This document shows positions 36,569 through 46,789 of a stretch of 64,000 nt of DNA, in pieces (within the stretch, counting starts at the first letter, position 1; each line of letters starts with the position of its first letter). The notes below the pieces were generated by a model. It did no database searches and was not told the DNA's origin. It saw nothing but the letters and a program-made list of their open reading frames with translations. Origin of the DNA: an uncultured Caldilineales bacterium (lineage in GTDB: Bacteria; Chloroflexota; Anaerolineae; J102); NCBI GenBank assembly GCA_964650295.1, contig CAZYSY010000208.1:35-64034 (forward strand). Reading direction: 5' to 3'. The position numbers were made by a program, and so were the translations under genes.

Positions 36569-39265
36569 ATGCGTCCTTACGCTCTCGCCATGATACCATC
36601 CAAGCGTTTTTTATTTCTTCTTGTTGTTTTGCTTATTTTTGGTTCCACCTTTTTATTGGGGGGATGCAGTGATGAGTCTGCTTCCACCACCAATCGAAGC
36701 GATGGTGCTCTCACGCCCATTCCGTTCCCCACCCCCACATTCCTCCCGGCCACGTCCACGCCAACTTTCACGCCGCCACCAAGTTTCACGCCGATTCCGC
36801 AGGTCCAAGCTATTTTCTGTGATCCCAATCTAAGGTCGGTGTGGCGGCAAGCGATTCAAGAAACGTTGCAATCACAATCGGCGATGTGCGTGGATGTCAC
36901 CGATAACGCTAATTTAATTATCAAGATACAGCCTCTGAATGTGGCTGGTGCGAACATATTGGCTCGACGATTTTATGCTGTGGTGGTTCCCTTTGCTTCT
37001 GTGAGGGATGATGTTTCTCTGGCGGAGCTACAAGCCCGTTGGTTAGGGGCGGGGGGGGCATTGGTCGTATCTGAAGAGGCAGCCGGACCTCTAACTGCTA
37101 TTTTTGGGCCGGGTGAGCCTCAGGTTGTGGCTGCGGCTGATATGGCGGCCGAACTCAGCGTTCAAGATGGTGCATTGGGAATTCTGCCATTTCATTTGTT
37201 GGATCCAAGCTTCAAGGTGCTAACGGTCGATGGCGTCAGTGTTCTGGATAAGAAAATCACGCCACAAACTTATCCCTTGGCGATAGCAATCACCTTGACG
37301 GGCTTGGGTTCTGACCAAATAGCTGGGGCGTTGAGCAACGCCATTCAGCCATTAACTAATCGTGATACGAAGCATCTAACAACGCTAATTATGACAGGTG
37401 TTACCGCCATGTCACGGGGCACTGCAGCCAAAATGGAACAAAAAGGCTATCTATATCCAGCGATGATCATTTCAGATACGCTTAGCGCTGCTGATATTAC
37501 GCATGTAAGTAATGAAGTTCCTTTCATTGAGGGCTGTGAGGTGAACAACACGTACATGAATTTAGTTTTGTGTAGTGATTATCCTTATTTGCGGACATTA
37601 GAAGCGATTGGCGTAGATATTGTGGGGCTCAGTGGTAATCATGTCAACGATTTTGGTCGCGAGGGGGCGCGTGAATCATTGCAGTTTTACAAGGACAATC
37701 ATATTCCGGTTTATGGAAGCGGTCTCAATGAAGAAGAGGCATGCAAGCCTCTGATGTGGGAGGCAAATGGGAATACGTATGCTTTTTTGGCAGCGCTGGC
37801 TTGGTGGCCCGAGGACGCATGGGCTACAGATACTGAGCCTGGCGCTTGCTATTATTGGCGCAATCGCTCCCACATCATCGATATGATTCATCAACTCAGC
37901 CATCAGGTTGATATTGTCTCGGTTGAGTTGCAGTATGAAGAAACTTATAATCCCTGGCCGACACGGGATCAAGTTGAGGAATTCCGGGCATTACATAACG
38001 CAGGAGCTGATATCGTAACGGGTGTCCAAAGTCACGTGCCGCAGGCTGCCGAACCCTATGGATTGCAGGATACTGGTGGACCAGCCATTATCCTGTATGG
38101 CTTGGGCAATCTTTTCTTTGACCAAATGCAGAGCTGGGAAACGCGCACCGGGCTCATTGCTCGTCACACCATCTATCAAGGAAGGTTGCTTAGCACAGAG
38201 TTGCTAACAACGGTGCTGGATGATTTTGCCCAACCGCGCTGGGCCAGTCCCGAAGAAAGAGCTGAGATTCTGCGCTCGATTTTTGAGGCGGCCCCTCCAC
38301 GTGATGATTTGCCCAACAACCCCTTGCCTACTCCCGCTACCTCAGGCGCTACAAAAGTTCCTACTTCACTCCCTTCGACGCCTGAGGCCAAGTCATCAAA
38401 ACCTCCTTTTGGCGATACCGCCCCACCTGTTGTTCATCCCCAGCCAACTCCACCACCGACTGGTGTGGCTGTACTATCCTGGCCTCAGCATCAAGCAAGT
38501 AGTGAACCTCATTTTTATCTCGCTCGGCCTACCGGCGCCGACGCCAATCGCATGGAAGACCTGGGTTATGCCTTTGGGAGCACTGCTAATGGTCGCTATC
38601 GGGTGCATCATGGCATTGATATTGCTAACCCTGTCGGCACCCCTTTATTGGCTCCTGCCGATGGCGTAGTGGTCTATGCTGGTCCCGACGACGATTCTCA
38701 CCGCTATGGTCCCTATGCCGATTTCTATGGCAATGTTGTCGTATTTAAATTAGATCAATCCTGGATGGAACGCGCTGTGTACGTTTTGTACGGGCACTTA
38801 CAACAGATTCAGGTTTCGGACGGAGAACGCGTGGTCCGAGGTGAACAGGTTGGTAGCACTGGCATGACAGGTATTGCCATCGGTCCTCATGTGCATGTAG
38901 AGGTTCGATTGGATACACCTGTCAATTATGATGCAGTGTACAACACAGCTCTATGGATGCAACCTTTTGCTGGTTATGGGGTCATTGCCGGGCAAGTGGT
39001 GACACCTGATGGCCGGGCTTGGAATGACGTGAAATTGCATGCTTACCGCCTCAGTGACGATGGCGCTCACCTGTATCGCGTTTTTAACTCCTATGCTCTT
39101 GATGAAGGGCTTCGTCCAGATCCGCAATTGGCTGAAAATGCCGTTTTGGGGTCGGTGCCTGCTGGTGAATATGAGATTGTACTCAAATTGAATGACGCCA
39201 CTTATCGGCAGAAATTGTATCTTGCCCCAACCCAAGTGGCATGGTTCCAATTTGTCATTCCCTGA
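36569..39265 (+). CDS. Lipoprotein fusing a CapA/PgsA-type metallophosphatase-like domain (poly-gamma-glutamate capsule family) with a peptidase M23 (LytM) domain and C-terminal beta-sandwich
   Basis: Lipobox LLGGCS. 'GLSGNHVNDFG…IPVYGSG' is CapA-like. 'HHGIDIANPVGTPLLAPADGVV…GSTGMTGIAIGPHVHVEV' is the M23 HxxxD/HxH pattern. Confidence 0.7.
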   Translation: MRPYALAMIPSKRFLFLLVVLLIFGSTFLLGGCSDESASTTNRSDGALTPIPFPTPTFLPATSTPTFTPPPSFTPIPQVQAIFCDPNLRSVWRQAIQETLQSQSAMCVDVTDNANLIIKIQPLNVAGANILARRFYAVVVPFASVRDDVSLAELQARWLGAGGALVVSEEAAGPLTAIFGPGEPQVVAAADMAAELSVQDGALGILPFHLLDPSFKVLTVDGVSVLDKKITPQTYPLAIAITLTGLGSDQIAGALSNAIQPLTNRDTKHLTTLIMTGVTAMSRGTAAKMEQKGYLYPAMIISDTLSAADITHVSNEVPFIEGCEVNNTYMNLVLCSDYPYLRTLEAIGVDIVGLSGNHVNDFGREGARESLQFYKDNHIPVYGSGLNEEEACKPLMWEANGNTYAFLAALAWWPEDAWATDTEPGACYYWRNRSHIIDMIHQLSHQVDIVSVELQYEETYNPWPTRDQVEEFRALHNAGADIVTGVQSHVPQAAEPYGLQDTGGPAIILYGLGNLFFDQMQSWETRTGLIARHTIYQGRLLSTELLTTVLDDFAQPRWASPEERAEILRSIFEAAPPRDDLPNNPLPTPATSGATKVPTSLPSTPEAKSSKPPFGDTAPPVVHPQPTPPPTGVAVLSWPQHQASSEPHFYLARPTGADANRMEDLGYAFGSTANGRYRVHHGIDIANPVGTPLLAPADGVVVYAGPDDDSHRYGPYADFYGNVVVFKLDQSWMERAVYVLYGHLQQIQVSDGERVVRGEQVGSTGMTGIAIGPHVHVEVRLDTPVNYDAVYNTALWMQPFAGYGVIAGQVVTPDGRAWNDVKLHAYRLSDDGAHLYRVFNSYALDEGLRPDPQLAENAVLGSVPAGEYEIVLKLNDATYRQKLYLAPTQVAWFQFVIP

Positions 39266-39280
39266 TCGCACCGAATTTAT

Positions 39281-40363
39281 TCATCCCATTGTCGAACGAA
39301 TTCGTTTTCGCATGTTTACCAAGGTGATAAAGGGGCGGAACCCAAACTCCTGTAAAATATCAATGGCTTCGGGTTGATAGTCATAAAGTACGGCGCTTAT
39401 CGGACGGGGCGGGTGATGTTGCAAGTAGCGCAAAGCCATCGCTAGCAGGGGCGCCGTCCACTGTGCACGTAAATCTGGCAATAACAGGATGTCGATACGG
39501 TGCTCGTTGTAGACCAGCACATCCACATCAACAACGCCCGTTAATTCTTCGTTAATGAAAAGCCCCCAGCGCAGTTTGTGCCCCAGTCCGAGCCAACGGC
39601 TGAGTTTGCGCTGCATGGTATGGGAACTGGCAGAGCGAAAATGGGGAGAGCGCGCTGGGTGCCACCAGCGCGCCTCTGTCGGCATGGCCCGGCTGATGAG
39701 ATAACGCACTGTGTTCCAGTCGTCGTCGGTGAGTAATCGCAGCGTGCCGCCAGGCGGTAAAGGTAGGTTAGGGATGGCAGCCGGGGTGTTATCTGCCACG
39801 AGGCGATGCTCTGCCATGATTTCGGCAAAGCTTAAGCGTTGGTACATGCCCCTCGCAATATCATTATCCTCCCGCACCTGCAGGATTGCCCATTGGGCCC
39901 CTTGTTCTGCGATATAATTGAGCACAATTCGCATCAACTCGCGGGCGATACCGCGACCTCGATAAGCTTTGTCCACAGCTACATTAGCTATTAAGTAGCG
40001 CGAACTAAACCTAGGTACAGGCTGTGTGGTCACATTGCCGACGATTTTACCTTCCTCAACCCACACAAAGCCATTCATGGCTATGCCTGCCGCATTATCT
40101 GCTGAAAACAATGAGAGCAGTGGACTCAATCGGGCAGCTATACGCAACTCGCGCAACGCCGCCCAACCCGCGGCATCCAGTTCGGGGCCAAATGCCTGCT
40201 CGATGAGTGCCGCGATCTGCTTCAGATCTCGGCGGGTGTTCATGGGCCGGGGACCCGATTTCTGCATTTCAGCGTTGAGTGCTGTGCTGATCATGAATAT
40301 CTTTTTACCACACTTCATATCAAAGCGGAAAGCTGGCGCTGTTTGACCTTTCGGCGTTTTCAT
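39281..40363 (-). CDS. GNAT-family N-acetyltransferase with C-terminal extension (start uncertain)
   Basis: 'KAYRGRGIARELMRIVLNY' is an acetyl-CoA-binding motif. The longest-ORF start has an AAGG 8 nt upstream; internal ATGs at 40294, 40267 and 40243 are alternatives. Confidence 0.65.
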   Translation of the reverse strand: MKTPKGQTAPAFRFDMKCGKKIFMISTALNAEMQKSGPRPMNTRRDLKQIAALIEQAFGPELDAAGWAALRELRIAARLSPLLSLFSADNAAGIAMNGFVWVEEGKIVGNVTTQPVPRFSSRYLIANVAVDKAYRGRGIARELMRIVLNYIAEQGAQWAILQVREDNDIARGMYQRLSFAEIMAEHRLVADNTPAAIPNLPLPPGGTLRLLTDDDWNTVRYLISRAMPTEARWWHPARSPHFRSASSHTMQRKLSRWLGLGHKLRWGLFINEELTGVVDVDVLVYNEHRIDILLLPDLRAQWTAPLLAMALRYLQHHPPRPISAVLYDYQPEAIDILQEFGFRPFITLVNMRKRIRSTMG

Positions 40364-40444
40364 AGTACCTTATCCGTTGTCAGTCAATCGACTCTGGCAG
40401 CGTAAGTGTATCCGTTGCCCATTCCTTTAAATTCGGAGTTATTT

Positions 40445-41281
40445 ATGACATGGGATGCATTCCTGCAACAGCTCCTCGATGACATTATTCATGTCGTTCC
40501 AATGATCCTGGCGGCAGTAGTCATCTTCCTTGTTTCGCTTTTTGCATCGGCTTGGCTGGCAAAGACTATGCGGCAGACATTGGTTCGGCGGCAAGTTCGC
40601 CGTGAGCTGGTCATCCTGTTTTCGCGCCTCGCTCGTTGGAGCGTTATTGTGACAGGATTTATTTGGGCTTTGCAAATTGCAGGTTTCAATGTTACCGCTT
40701 TTGTTGCAGGCTTAGGAGTGACGGGGCTTGTGATTGGTTTTGCTCTGCAAGATATCAGTAAGAATTTCACATCTGGCGTGTTGCTAATGATTCAGGAACC
40801 CTTCAGCTTGGGTGATTATATCTCAGTGGCTGGTTATGAAGGGGAGGTGATGGATGTGCAGATGAAAGCCACCGAGTTGCTGACCCCAGATGGGTTGCTG
40901 GTACTGATTCCTAACGCAGATGTGTTTACCAATACCATTACGAATTATACTAAGATTAGTCGCCGCCGCGTTTCCCTGACTATTGGCGTTTCCTACGACT
41001 CTGATTTACAAACAGTCTCCGAGATTGCTCTTCGGGCTATTCATTCCGTATCAGGCCTTTTGGATGAGCCTGCCCCCGTCCTTTTCTTCCACAACTTTGG
41101 CGAAAGCTCCATCGACTTTACAATTCGCTATTGGTTTGACACTTCTGAAAACGATATTTTTTCGGCTCAAGATATGGGCGTCAAGGCAATCAAGCATGCC
41201 TTCGAGCGTGAAAACATTGAAATACCCTTCCCTATTCGCACAATTCTCATGCAAGACCGCACAGACGAAGCAATGCCTTAG
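40445..41281 (+). CDS. Mechanosensitive ion channel, MscS family
   Basis: TM helices plus the MscS beta-domain pattern (…GLGVTGLVIGFALQD…GDYISVAGYEGEVMDVQMKATEL…). Start ATG at 40445 is preceded by GGAG. Confidence 0.85.
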   Translation: MTWDAFLQQLLDDIIHVVPMILAAVVIFLVSLFASAWLAKTMRQTLVRRQVRRELVILFSRLARWSVIVTGFIWALQIAGFNVTAFVAGLGVTGLVIGFALQDISKNFTSGVLLMIQEPFSLGDYISVAGYEGEVMDVQMKATELLTPDGLLVLIPNADVFTNTITNYTKISRRRVSLTIGVSYDSDLQTVSEIALRAIHSVSGLLDEPAPVLFFHNFGESSIDFTIRYWFDTSENDIFSAQDMGVKAIKHAFERENIEIPFPIRTILMQDRTDEAMP

Positions 41282-41351
41282 CCGATACAACTTTCTGTAG
41301 AGGATAATCCTCTTTCTGTATTATTTTCTAGAAATTAATTGACGATTTGTT

Positions 41352-42407
41352 ATGACTGATTCAATCCTGCCAGAGGGGGGTGTACCTGCCCCTCCAGATG
41401 ACCTGTCTGTGTTGGGGCGTTGGCGAATGACTGTGCAGCAGTGTAATGTGCCAGACATTCATCACGCTGATTTTGTCACTCGGTGGTTGGTAATCACCCG
41501 TGCATGCGTTTTTTCTATGACGATCACTTCAGGGGTGATTGGCACTTTATTGGCTGCCGAGTTTGGAGAGCATTTCGGTTGGCGCGAGTTCGGCCTAGCC
41601 TTGTTGGCAGTCGTCGGATTGTTAGCTGCGCATGCCACCAACAATTTAATCAACGACTATGTTGATACCCGTCGCGGTGTTGATACCGAGGATTACCCCA
41701 GAGGACAATATGCCACCCATCCTCTTCTTGGTGGGTTAACAACGCCCAATCGGATGCTTGCGGGGGCATTCCTCCTCACACTCCTCGATTTGGCGATTAT
41801 GCTCTATTTGGCTTCTATACAAGGGGAGTTGGTCATTGCCTTTGCGCTATCAGGCTTTCTACTGAGTATGGGATACACAAGCATTCTCAAACGCTTCGCC
41901 TTGGGGGAGATTACTGCTTTGGTGGTGTGGGGCCCACTTATGATTGTAGGCACCTACTATTCCATCACTGGTGAGTTGGCTCCCCGTGTGTGGTGGGCTT
42001 CCCTTCCTTATGGACTTATTGTTGCTTCAGTTTTAATTGGTAAGCACATTGACAAAATTGAAGAGGATAAAAAATCTCATATCCGCTCACTGCCTGTTGT
42101 TTTGGGGTTAAAGCACTCTATCTTGTTTCTCAAGGCTACTTTTGTTGTTTTTTATTTGCTAATCTTTGCTTTGGTTTTCCAGCAAACGATTGGGTTTTGG
42201 GTGTTAATAACGGCGTTGGCTGGCGTGCGTTTGCGTACAGTTTGGGCAGTGTTATCATTGCCCAAACCCCAAGAAAAACCAAAAAATTGGCCCGTGTGGC
42301 CGCTTTGGTATGTAGCTTGGAGTATGTATTTCAATCGCGCTGCGGGCGTGTTGTTTATTGTTGGTCTTATATTCAATATCGCCGCTAGATATTTATTCCA
42401 CGCCTAA
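41352..42407 (+). CDS. UbiA-family prenyltransferase (MenA-like 1,4-dihydroxy-2-naphthoate prenyltransferase)
   Basis: 'ATNNLINDYVDTRRGVD' Asp-rich motif in a polytopic membrane protein. Confidence 0.7.
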   Translation: MTDSILPEGGVPAPPDDLSVLGRWRMTVQQCNVPDIHHADFVTRWLVITRACVFSMTITSGVIGTLLAAEFGEHFGWREFGLALLAVVGLLAAHATNNLINDYVDTRRGVDTEDYPRGQYATHPLLGGLTTPNRMLAGAFLLTLLDLAIMLYLASIQGELVIAFALSGFLLSMGYTSILKRFALGEITALVVWGPLMIVGTYYSITGELAPRVWWASLPYGLIVASVLIGKHIDKIEEDKKSHIRSLPVVLGLKHSILFLKATFVVFYLLIFALVFQQTIGFWVLITALAGVRLRTVWAVLSLPKPQEKPKNWPVWPLWYVAWSMYFNRAAGVLFIVGLIFNIAARYLFHA

Positions 42408-42465
42408 TTCTTGTCATCTGTTCGCTGTTTTCCCTTATTTCTTTACATCCGGAGAGTACATTGGA

Positions 42466-43539
42466 ATGAAAGACCGCCTCATGCTTATACTGCTGCTCTT
42501 TGCGCCCATCGCTTTAGCCGCGGCGCTGTTGCACTGGTCTCCCATCCTCATTTTTGCCACCTCAGCATTGACCATCGTACCCTTGGCAGGATTCTTGGGG
42601 GACGCCACTGAAGCCCTTGCCGCCAAAACAGGCCCGCGTATCGGCGGCTTGCTCAACGCGACCTTGGGCAATGCCGCAGAGCTTATTATTACTATTATGG
42701 CCATCCGTGCTGGAGAGATGGCCTTGGTGTCAGCCTCTATCATCGGCTCTATTTTGGGTAACGTCTTGCTGGTTTTAGGAGCGGCCATCCTTTTTGGAGG
42801 CATCAAGTTTGGAGTTCAACATTTTGATCGCGAACAGGCCGGCGTGGATGCTACGATGCTTTTTTTGGCAGCGATTGCTATTTCTGTGCCATCCCTTTTC
42901 AATGCTGCCATTGAGCCCAACACAATCAAAGTCGAATGGCTAAGTGTTACTACTGCGGTGGTTATGTTAGCCATATACATTTTGTCCATCGGCTACATGC
43001 TTTTTAGCCGACAGCCCCAACCTGGAGAGGTTGGTCCTGCTGCGCCACTCCCTGAGCAAAATAAACCGCATTGGAGCCTGCCAGTATCACTAAGCGTGTT
43101 GGCATTGTCAGTGGCGGCAATCGCCCTATTCAGCGAGTTACTAGTCGGAGCGGTAGAGCCTGTCACTGAACAGCTTGGCTTCAGTACTTTTTTTGTGGGA
43201 ATTATCCTCATCCCCATTATCGGCAACGTTGCCGAGCATGTAGTGGCTGTAGAGGTCTCCCTGAAAAATCATATGGAGCTAAGTTTGAACATTGCATTGG
43301 GCTCCAGTCTGCAGATCGCTCTTTTCGTGGCCCCTCTCCTTGTGCTTGTTTCGCCACTACTTGGACATCCTTTTGTGTTGGAATTTAATACCTTTGAACT
43401 TATCGCTTTGGTGTCTGCTTCAGTTATTGGGGCACTTGTGGCTATTGATGGCAAGTCCAACTGGCTAGAAGGTGCAATGCTCTTGGCCGTTTACCTCATT
43501 CTTGGCATTGCATTCTTCTTTCTGCCCGCCATTCTCTAA
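42466..43539 (+). CDS. Ca2+/H+ (cation/proton) antiporter, CaCA family
   Basis: Two alpha-repeat motifs, 'GNAAELIITI' and 'GNVAEHVVAV'. The start was moved to ATG at 42466 (MKDRLMLILLL); the longer track ORF overlaps the preceding gene. Confidence 0.85.
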   Translation: MKDRLMLILLLFAPIALAAALLHWSPILIFATSALTIVPLAGFLGDATEALAAKTGPRIGGLLNATLGNAAELIITIMAIRAGEMALVSASIIGSILGNVLLVLGAAILFGGIKFGVQHFDREQAGVDATMLFLAAIAISVPSLFNAAIEPNTIKVEWLSVTTAVVMLAIYILSIGYMLFSRQPQPGEVGPAAPLPEQNKPHWSLPVSLSVLALSVAAIALFSELLVGAVEPVTEQLGFSTFFVGIILIPIIGNVAEHVVAVEVSLKNHMELSLNIALGSSLQIALFVAPLLVLVSPLLGHPFVLEFNTFELIALVSASVIGALVAIDGKSNWLEGAMLLAVYLILGIAFFFLPAIL

Positions 43540-43617
43540 TCCTTTGTAGGTTTTCTGCTCTGATTCAAGTCACGTTATAATTGGTGACCGTCTTGTTCAA
43601 TACGTTATGGAGTCTCA

Positions 43618-44118
43618 TTGTTCATGATCGCACGCATTGCAACCCGTACATCTATTAGCCCAAAAGAAATCGAGCGTTTCTTAAAATTCGCCATCGTTGG
43701 CGCTATTGGCGCTGTGGTTGATTTTGCCGTGCTTAACATCATGAAAATTATTTTCGAGCATATGGGGGTTGGCGTTGATTGGCACATCGGTTTAACCCCG
43801 CAGCAAATTCAACTCATCGCTGCCAATTCTATCTCGTTTTCCACTGCTGTGGTCAGTAATTTTACATGGAATCGGTTATGGACTTTTCCTGAATCGCGAG
43901 AGCGTCCAATTGCCAGCCAACTGGCTCAATTCGCCACGGTAAACGTCATTGGTCTCTTGATTAATACTATCATTCTGGTGGTGATGGACAGTTACGTATT
44001 TGGTCGCTTTGCTAGTGATCGTTTGAGTTATAATTTAGCCAAAGCTTTTGCCATTGGCGTGGTGCTTTTCTGGAATTTCGGCATCAATCGCATCTGGACA
44101 TACAAGGGAATTAAGTAG
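43618..44118 (+). CDS. GtrA-family membrane protein (polysaccharide biosynthesis/flippase-associated)
   Basis: 166 aa, 4 TM helices, with 'FAIVGAIGAVVDF…NFTWNRLWTF' typical of GtrA. Confidence 0.8.
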   Translation: MFMIARIATRTSISPKEIERFLKFAIVGAIGAVVDFAVLNIMKIIFEHMGVGVDWHIGLTPQQIQLIAANSISFSTAVVSNFTWNRLWTFPESRERPIASQLAQFATVNVIGLLINTIILVVMDSYVFGRFASDRLSYNLAKAFAIGVVLFWNFGINRIWTYKGIK

Positions 44119-44297
44119 CCCGCTTCGCTCATTCTTGCTATACGGCATAAAATGCTCCTTTGCTTTATCCCGTACGTCAATACCCCAGCCCCTTGGATAG
44201 GCGACGATTGTATTGAAAGTGAATTCCTTGCGGATTACTTCATTGAGCTGAATTCGCTTTTTCGATGCGCCCATGGCCGATCTGTATTATTGTCTGC

Positions 44298-45428
44298 ATG
44301 AATGTTACTATTGATTACACTTCAGCAGCGTTGCAAGGCGCAGGTATTGGGCGCTATACCCGCGGTTTGGTGGATGCACTGATACCTTTGTTGGGAGCCG
44401 ATGATAGTGTGACGTTGTTGTTTCCTCGGGGGAAAACGCTTTTTGCCCGCCGCAACTGGCCCGATAACGTACGGATTTGTCGATTGCCGTTGTCCGAACG
44501 CTATCAGACTATCCTTTGGCATCGGCTGCGCGTTCCTGCACCTGTCGAGTGGTGGGCAGGTGTTACTGATATCTTTCATGCACCTAATTTCCTTCTGCCA
44601 CCTGTCCGCCAGGCCAAAACCCTACTCACCATCCACGATCTTGCCTTTTTGGTGCGTCCCGAGTACGCCTGGCCTCCACTACGACGTTTTCTGCAGCAGG
44701 CTGTGCCGCGCTCTGTTGCACGAGCTGATCACATCTTGGCTGATTCCGAAGCCACTAAACAAGACGCTATGCGCCTTTTCGGTCTGGCCGCGGAGCAAGT
44801 AACTGTTGTGGGAGCTGGTGTGGAGTCTCGATTTCGCCCCATGCCTACTGGGGCTACTGCTGGCACGCAGCAGAAGTATGGCTTGGAGTGGCCATTTGTG
44901 TTGAGTGTTAGCACCTTGGAGCCCCGCAAAAATTTTGTTGGCCTGGTGCGGGCCTTCGCCCGCGCTCGACGCGAAGCAAATCTTCCACACCATCTCATCA
45001 TAGCGGGCAGCACTGGTTGGCTGTACGAAGACATTTTCCGTGCCGTTTTGGATGAAAATGCAGGTGATTTTATTCATTTCCCAGGCTTTGTTCCGGACGC
45101 CGATTTGCCCGCGCTCTATAATCTCGCCGATCTATTTGCGTTTCCTAGCCATTATGAGGGGTTCGGCCTGCCATTGCTAGAGGCCATGGCTTGCGGTACG
45201 CCTGCACTGGCCTCGAATGTTAGTAGTCTGCCAGAGATCGCAGGTGACGCCGCCTACCTCATCCCTGCGGGTGATGACGAGGCCCTGGTCTCGGCCCTCA
45301 TTCACCTGCTGACAAATGCGGAGGCGCGAGCGGCGTTATCCGCGCTTGGCCCTACCCAGGCTTCTCGCTTCACCTGGGATGCAGCCGCACGACGGCTGCT
45401 GGACGCTTATCAGGCGCTCCTCCGTTAA
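44298..45428 (+). CDS. Glycosyltransferase family 4
   Basis: 'EGFGLPLLEAMACGTP' GT4 motif. The start at 44298 (MNVTIDYTS…GIGRY) fits the usual GT4 N-terminus. Confidence 0.85.
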   Translation: MNVTIDYTSAALQGAGIGRYTRGLVDALIPLLGADDSVTLLFPRGKTLFARRNWPDNVRICRLPLSERYQTILWHRLRVPAPVEWWAGVTDIFHAPNFLLPPVRQAKTLLTIHDLAFLVRPEYAWPPLRRFLQQAVPRSVARADHILADSEATKQDAMRLFGLAAEQVTVVGAGVESRFRPMPTGATAGTQQKYGLEWPFVLSVSTLEPRKNFVGLVRAFARARREANLPHHLIIAGSTGWLYEDIFRAVLDENAGDFIHFPGFVPDADLPALYNLADLFAFPSHYEGFGLPLLEAMACGTPALASNVSSLPEIAGDAAYLIPAGDDEALVSALIHLLTNAEARAALSALGPTQASRFTWDAAARRLLDAYQALLR

Positions 45429-45434
45429 CATAAA

Positions 45435-45467
45435 GCGGGCCCGCTCCAAAACAACGTAGCGGGCCCG
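45435..45467. terminator. Two copies of the GC palindrome gcgggcccg(c) between convergent genes (probable bidirectional terminator hairpins)
   Basis: 'aagcgggcccgct…tagcgggcccgtt' read directly, lying between the GT4 stop (45428) and the yedE-rhodanese stop (45511). Confidence 0.4.
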
Positions 45468-45510
45468 TTCTATCTGTGAGTGGCATAAGCTTAATCTGAG
45501 CAATACCGGC

Positions 45511-46743
45511 TCAGCCACAGCCGCCAGCGCCAGTGGGGGCTTTTTTCTGAAGTTTAATGATCTCATATGGCTCATTTTCGTGGGGCTGCGGTGGGATTGC
45601 GCTGGTCCACCTGTCACCAAGTGCATCGGGAATTACCCAGCCCAAAGTGTCGTCTGGGTGATGGGCAATCTTTTGGAATTGCTCGTTGCCATAGATTTCA
45701 ATCCAGTGATTGATACCACCTTTCAACACGTAGGCATTGATGCTATTTTTGGCTACCAACTGCTTCCATACCTCAATAGCAGTGGTCTCGTCATTGCCCA
45801 TCACAATGACAACAGTACCCTCTGGAGCACGCAATAACTCCTTATAAAGTGTTGGAATTTGCTTCGTGTCAATACGCCTGGCATTCTCGAGGTGATACAA
45901 ATTGTAATCTCGCTCATTACGCACATCCAGAAGTACGATGTTGATCAGAGGATCGTAATATGCTTGACTGACTTCGTGTGGTGGTGCAAAGGCCTTGCCC
46001 TCGGCCAACAGGGCCTGTTTCTCTGCATTGCTGTTCCAGGCGTCAACCAGGGTGGGCTGACCAATAACCAGAATTGCTGCCGCTAATACCAATAAAGCCA
46101 CCGATACTGCCGTCAAAATTCGTTTATCTTTTCGCTGTTCCTCGGGTGTGAGTATGCCTTCACGACGTTTCCAGGCTTTTTCGATGAGATCAGAACCCCA
46201 AACCAAAAGCAAACCCAACACGATAGCGATGGATACCACAACCTCTGTTGGTAATCCTAACCACTCGGATAGTGTGAAACGGCCCATAAAACTAGAATTG
46301 TAAAAATCCCAAAAACTGTCTACGACACTACCAAAAAGCAATCCGCCAGCCATGACGCCAGCGACGAAAAAGATGCCGTCGAGGTGACCTGACGAAGATG
46401 ACACCATTGATGTCCCGGGACAATATCCTCCGATAATGATGCCGAAACCGAGCAGCAATCCGCCAAAAATGCCAGGCCAGAGATAGGTGGGAGGGACAAA
46501 AATACGGTCATAGTCCAACCATCCCAATCCAATAGTGAGGAAGAGTAATGCCATTGCCACCAGAACTGAAGTAAACATAGTCTTGAAAACAGTTTGGTCT
46601 TTGAAATAGAATTGACCCACAAGTTTGTGGGCAACGCCAAATCCTGCGATTTCAAGCGATGCGCCAAAAGCCATACCAAATAGAATAAAGACCATGTACC
46701 CCATGGGTTTGCCGAGAATTGCTACGGGATCAAAAGGCGCCAT
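45511..46743 (-). CDS. YeeE/YedE-family sulfur-compound transporter half fused to a C-terminal rhodanese domain
   Basis: 'GGYCPGTSM' YeeE/YedE signature in the membrane part. The C-terminal ~110 aa (…VLLDVRNERDY…VIVMGNDETTA…) is a rhodanese-like fold. Confidence 0.7.
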   Translation of the reverse strand: MAPFDPVAILGKPMGYMVFILFGMAFGASLEIAGFGVAHKLVGQFYFKDQTVFKTMFTSVLVAMALLFLTIGLGWLDYDRIFVPPTYLWPGIFGGLLLGFGIIIGGYCPGTSMVSSSSGHLDGIFFVAGVMAGGLLFGSVVDSFWDFYNSSFMGRFTLSEWLGLPTEVVVSIAIVLGLLLVWGSDLIEKAWKRREGILTPEEQRKDKRILTAVSVALLVLAAAILVIGQPTLVDAWNSNAEKQALLAEGKAFAPPHEVSQAYYDPLINIVLLDVRNERDYNLYHLENARRIDTKQIPTLYKELLRAPEGTVVIVMGNDETTAIEVWKQLVAKNSINAYVLKGGINHWIEIYGNEQFQKIAHHPDDTLGWVIPDALGDRWTSAIPPQPHENEPYEIIKLQKKAPTGAGGCG

Positions 46744-46789
46744 AAATGCCTCCTATGAAAATACAATGTTATCAGATGTGTGCAAAGCT

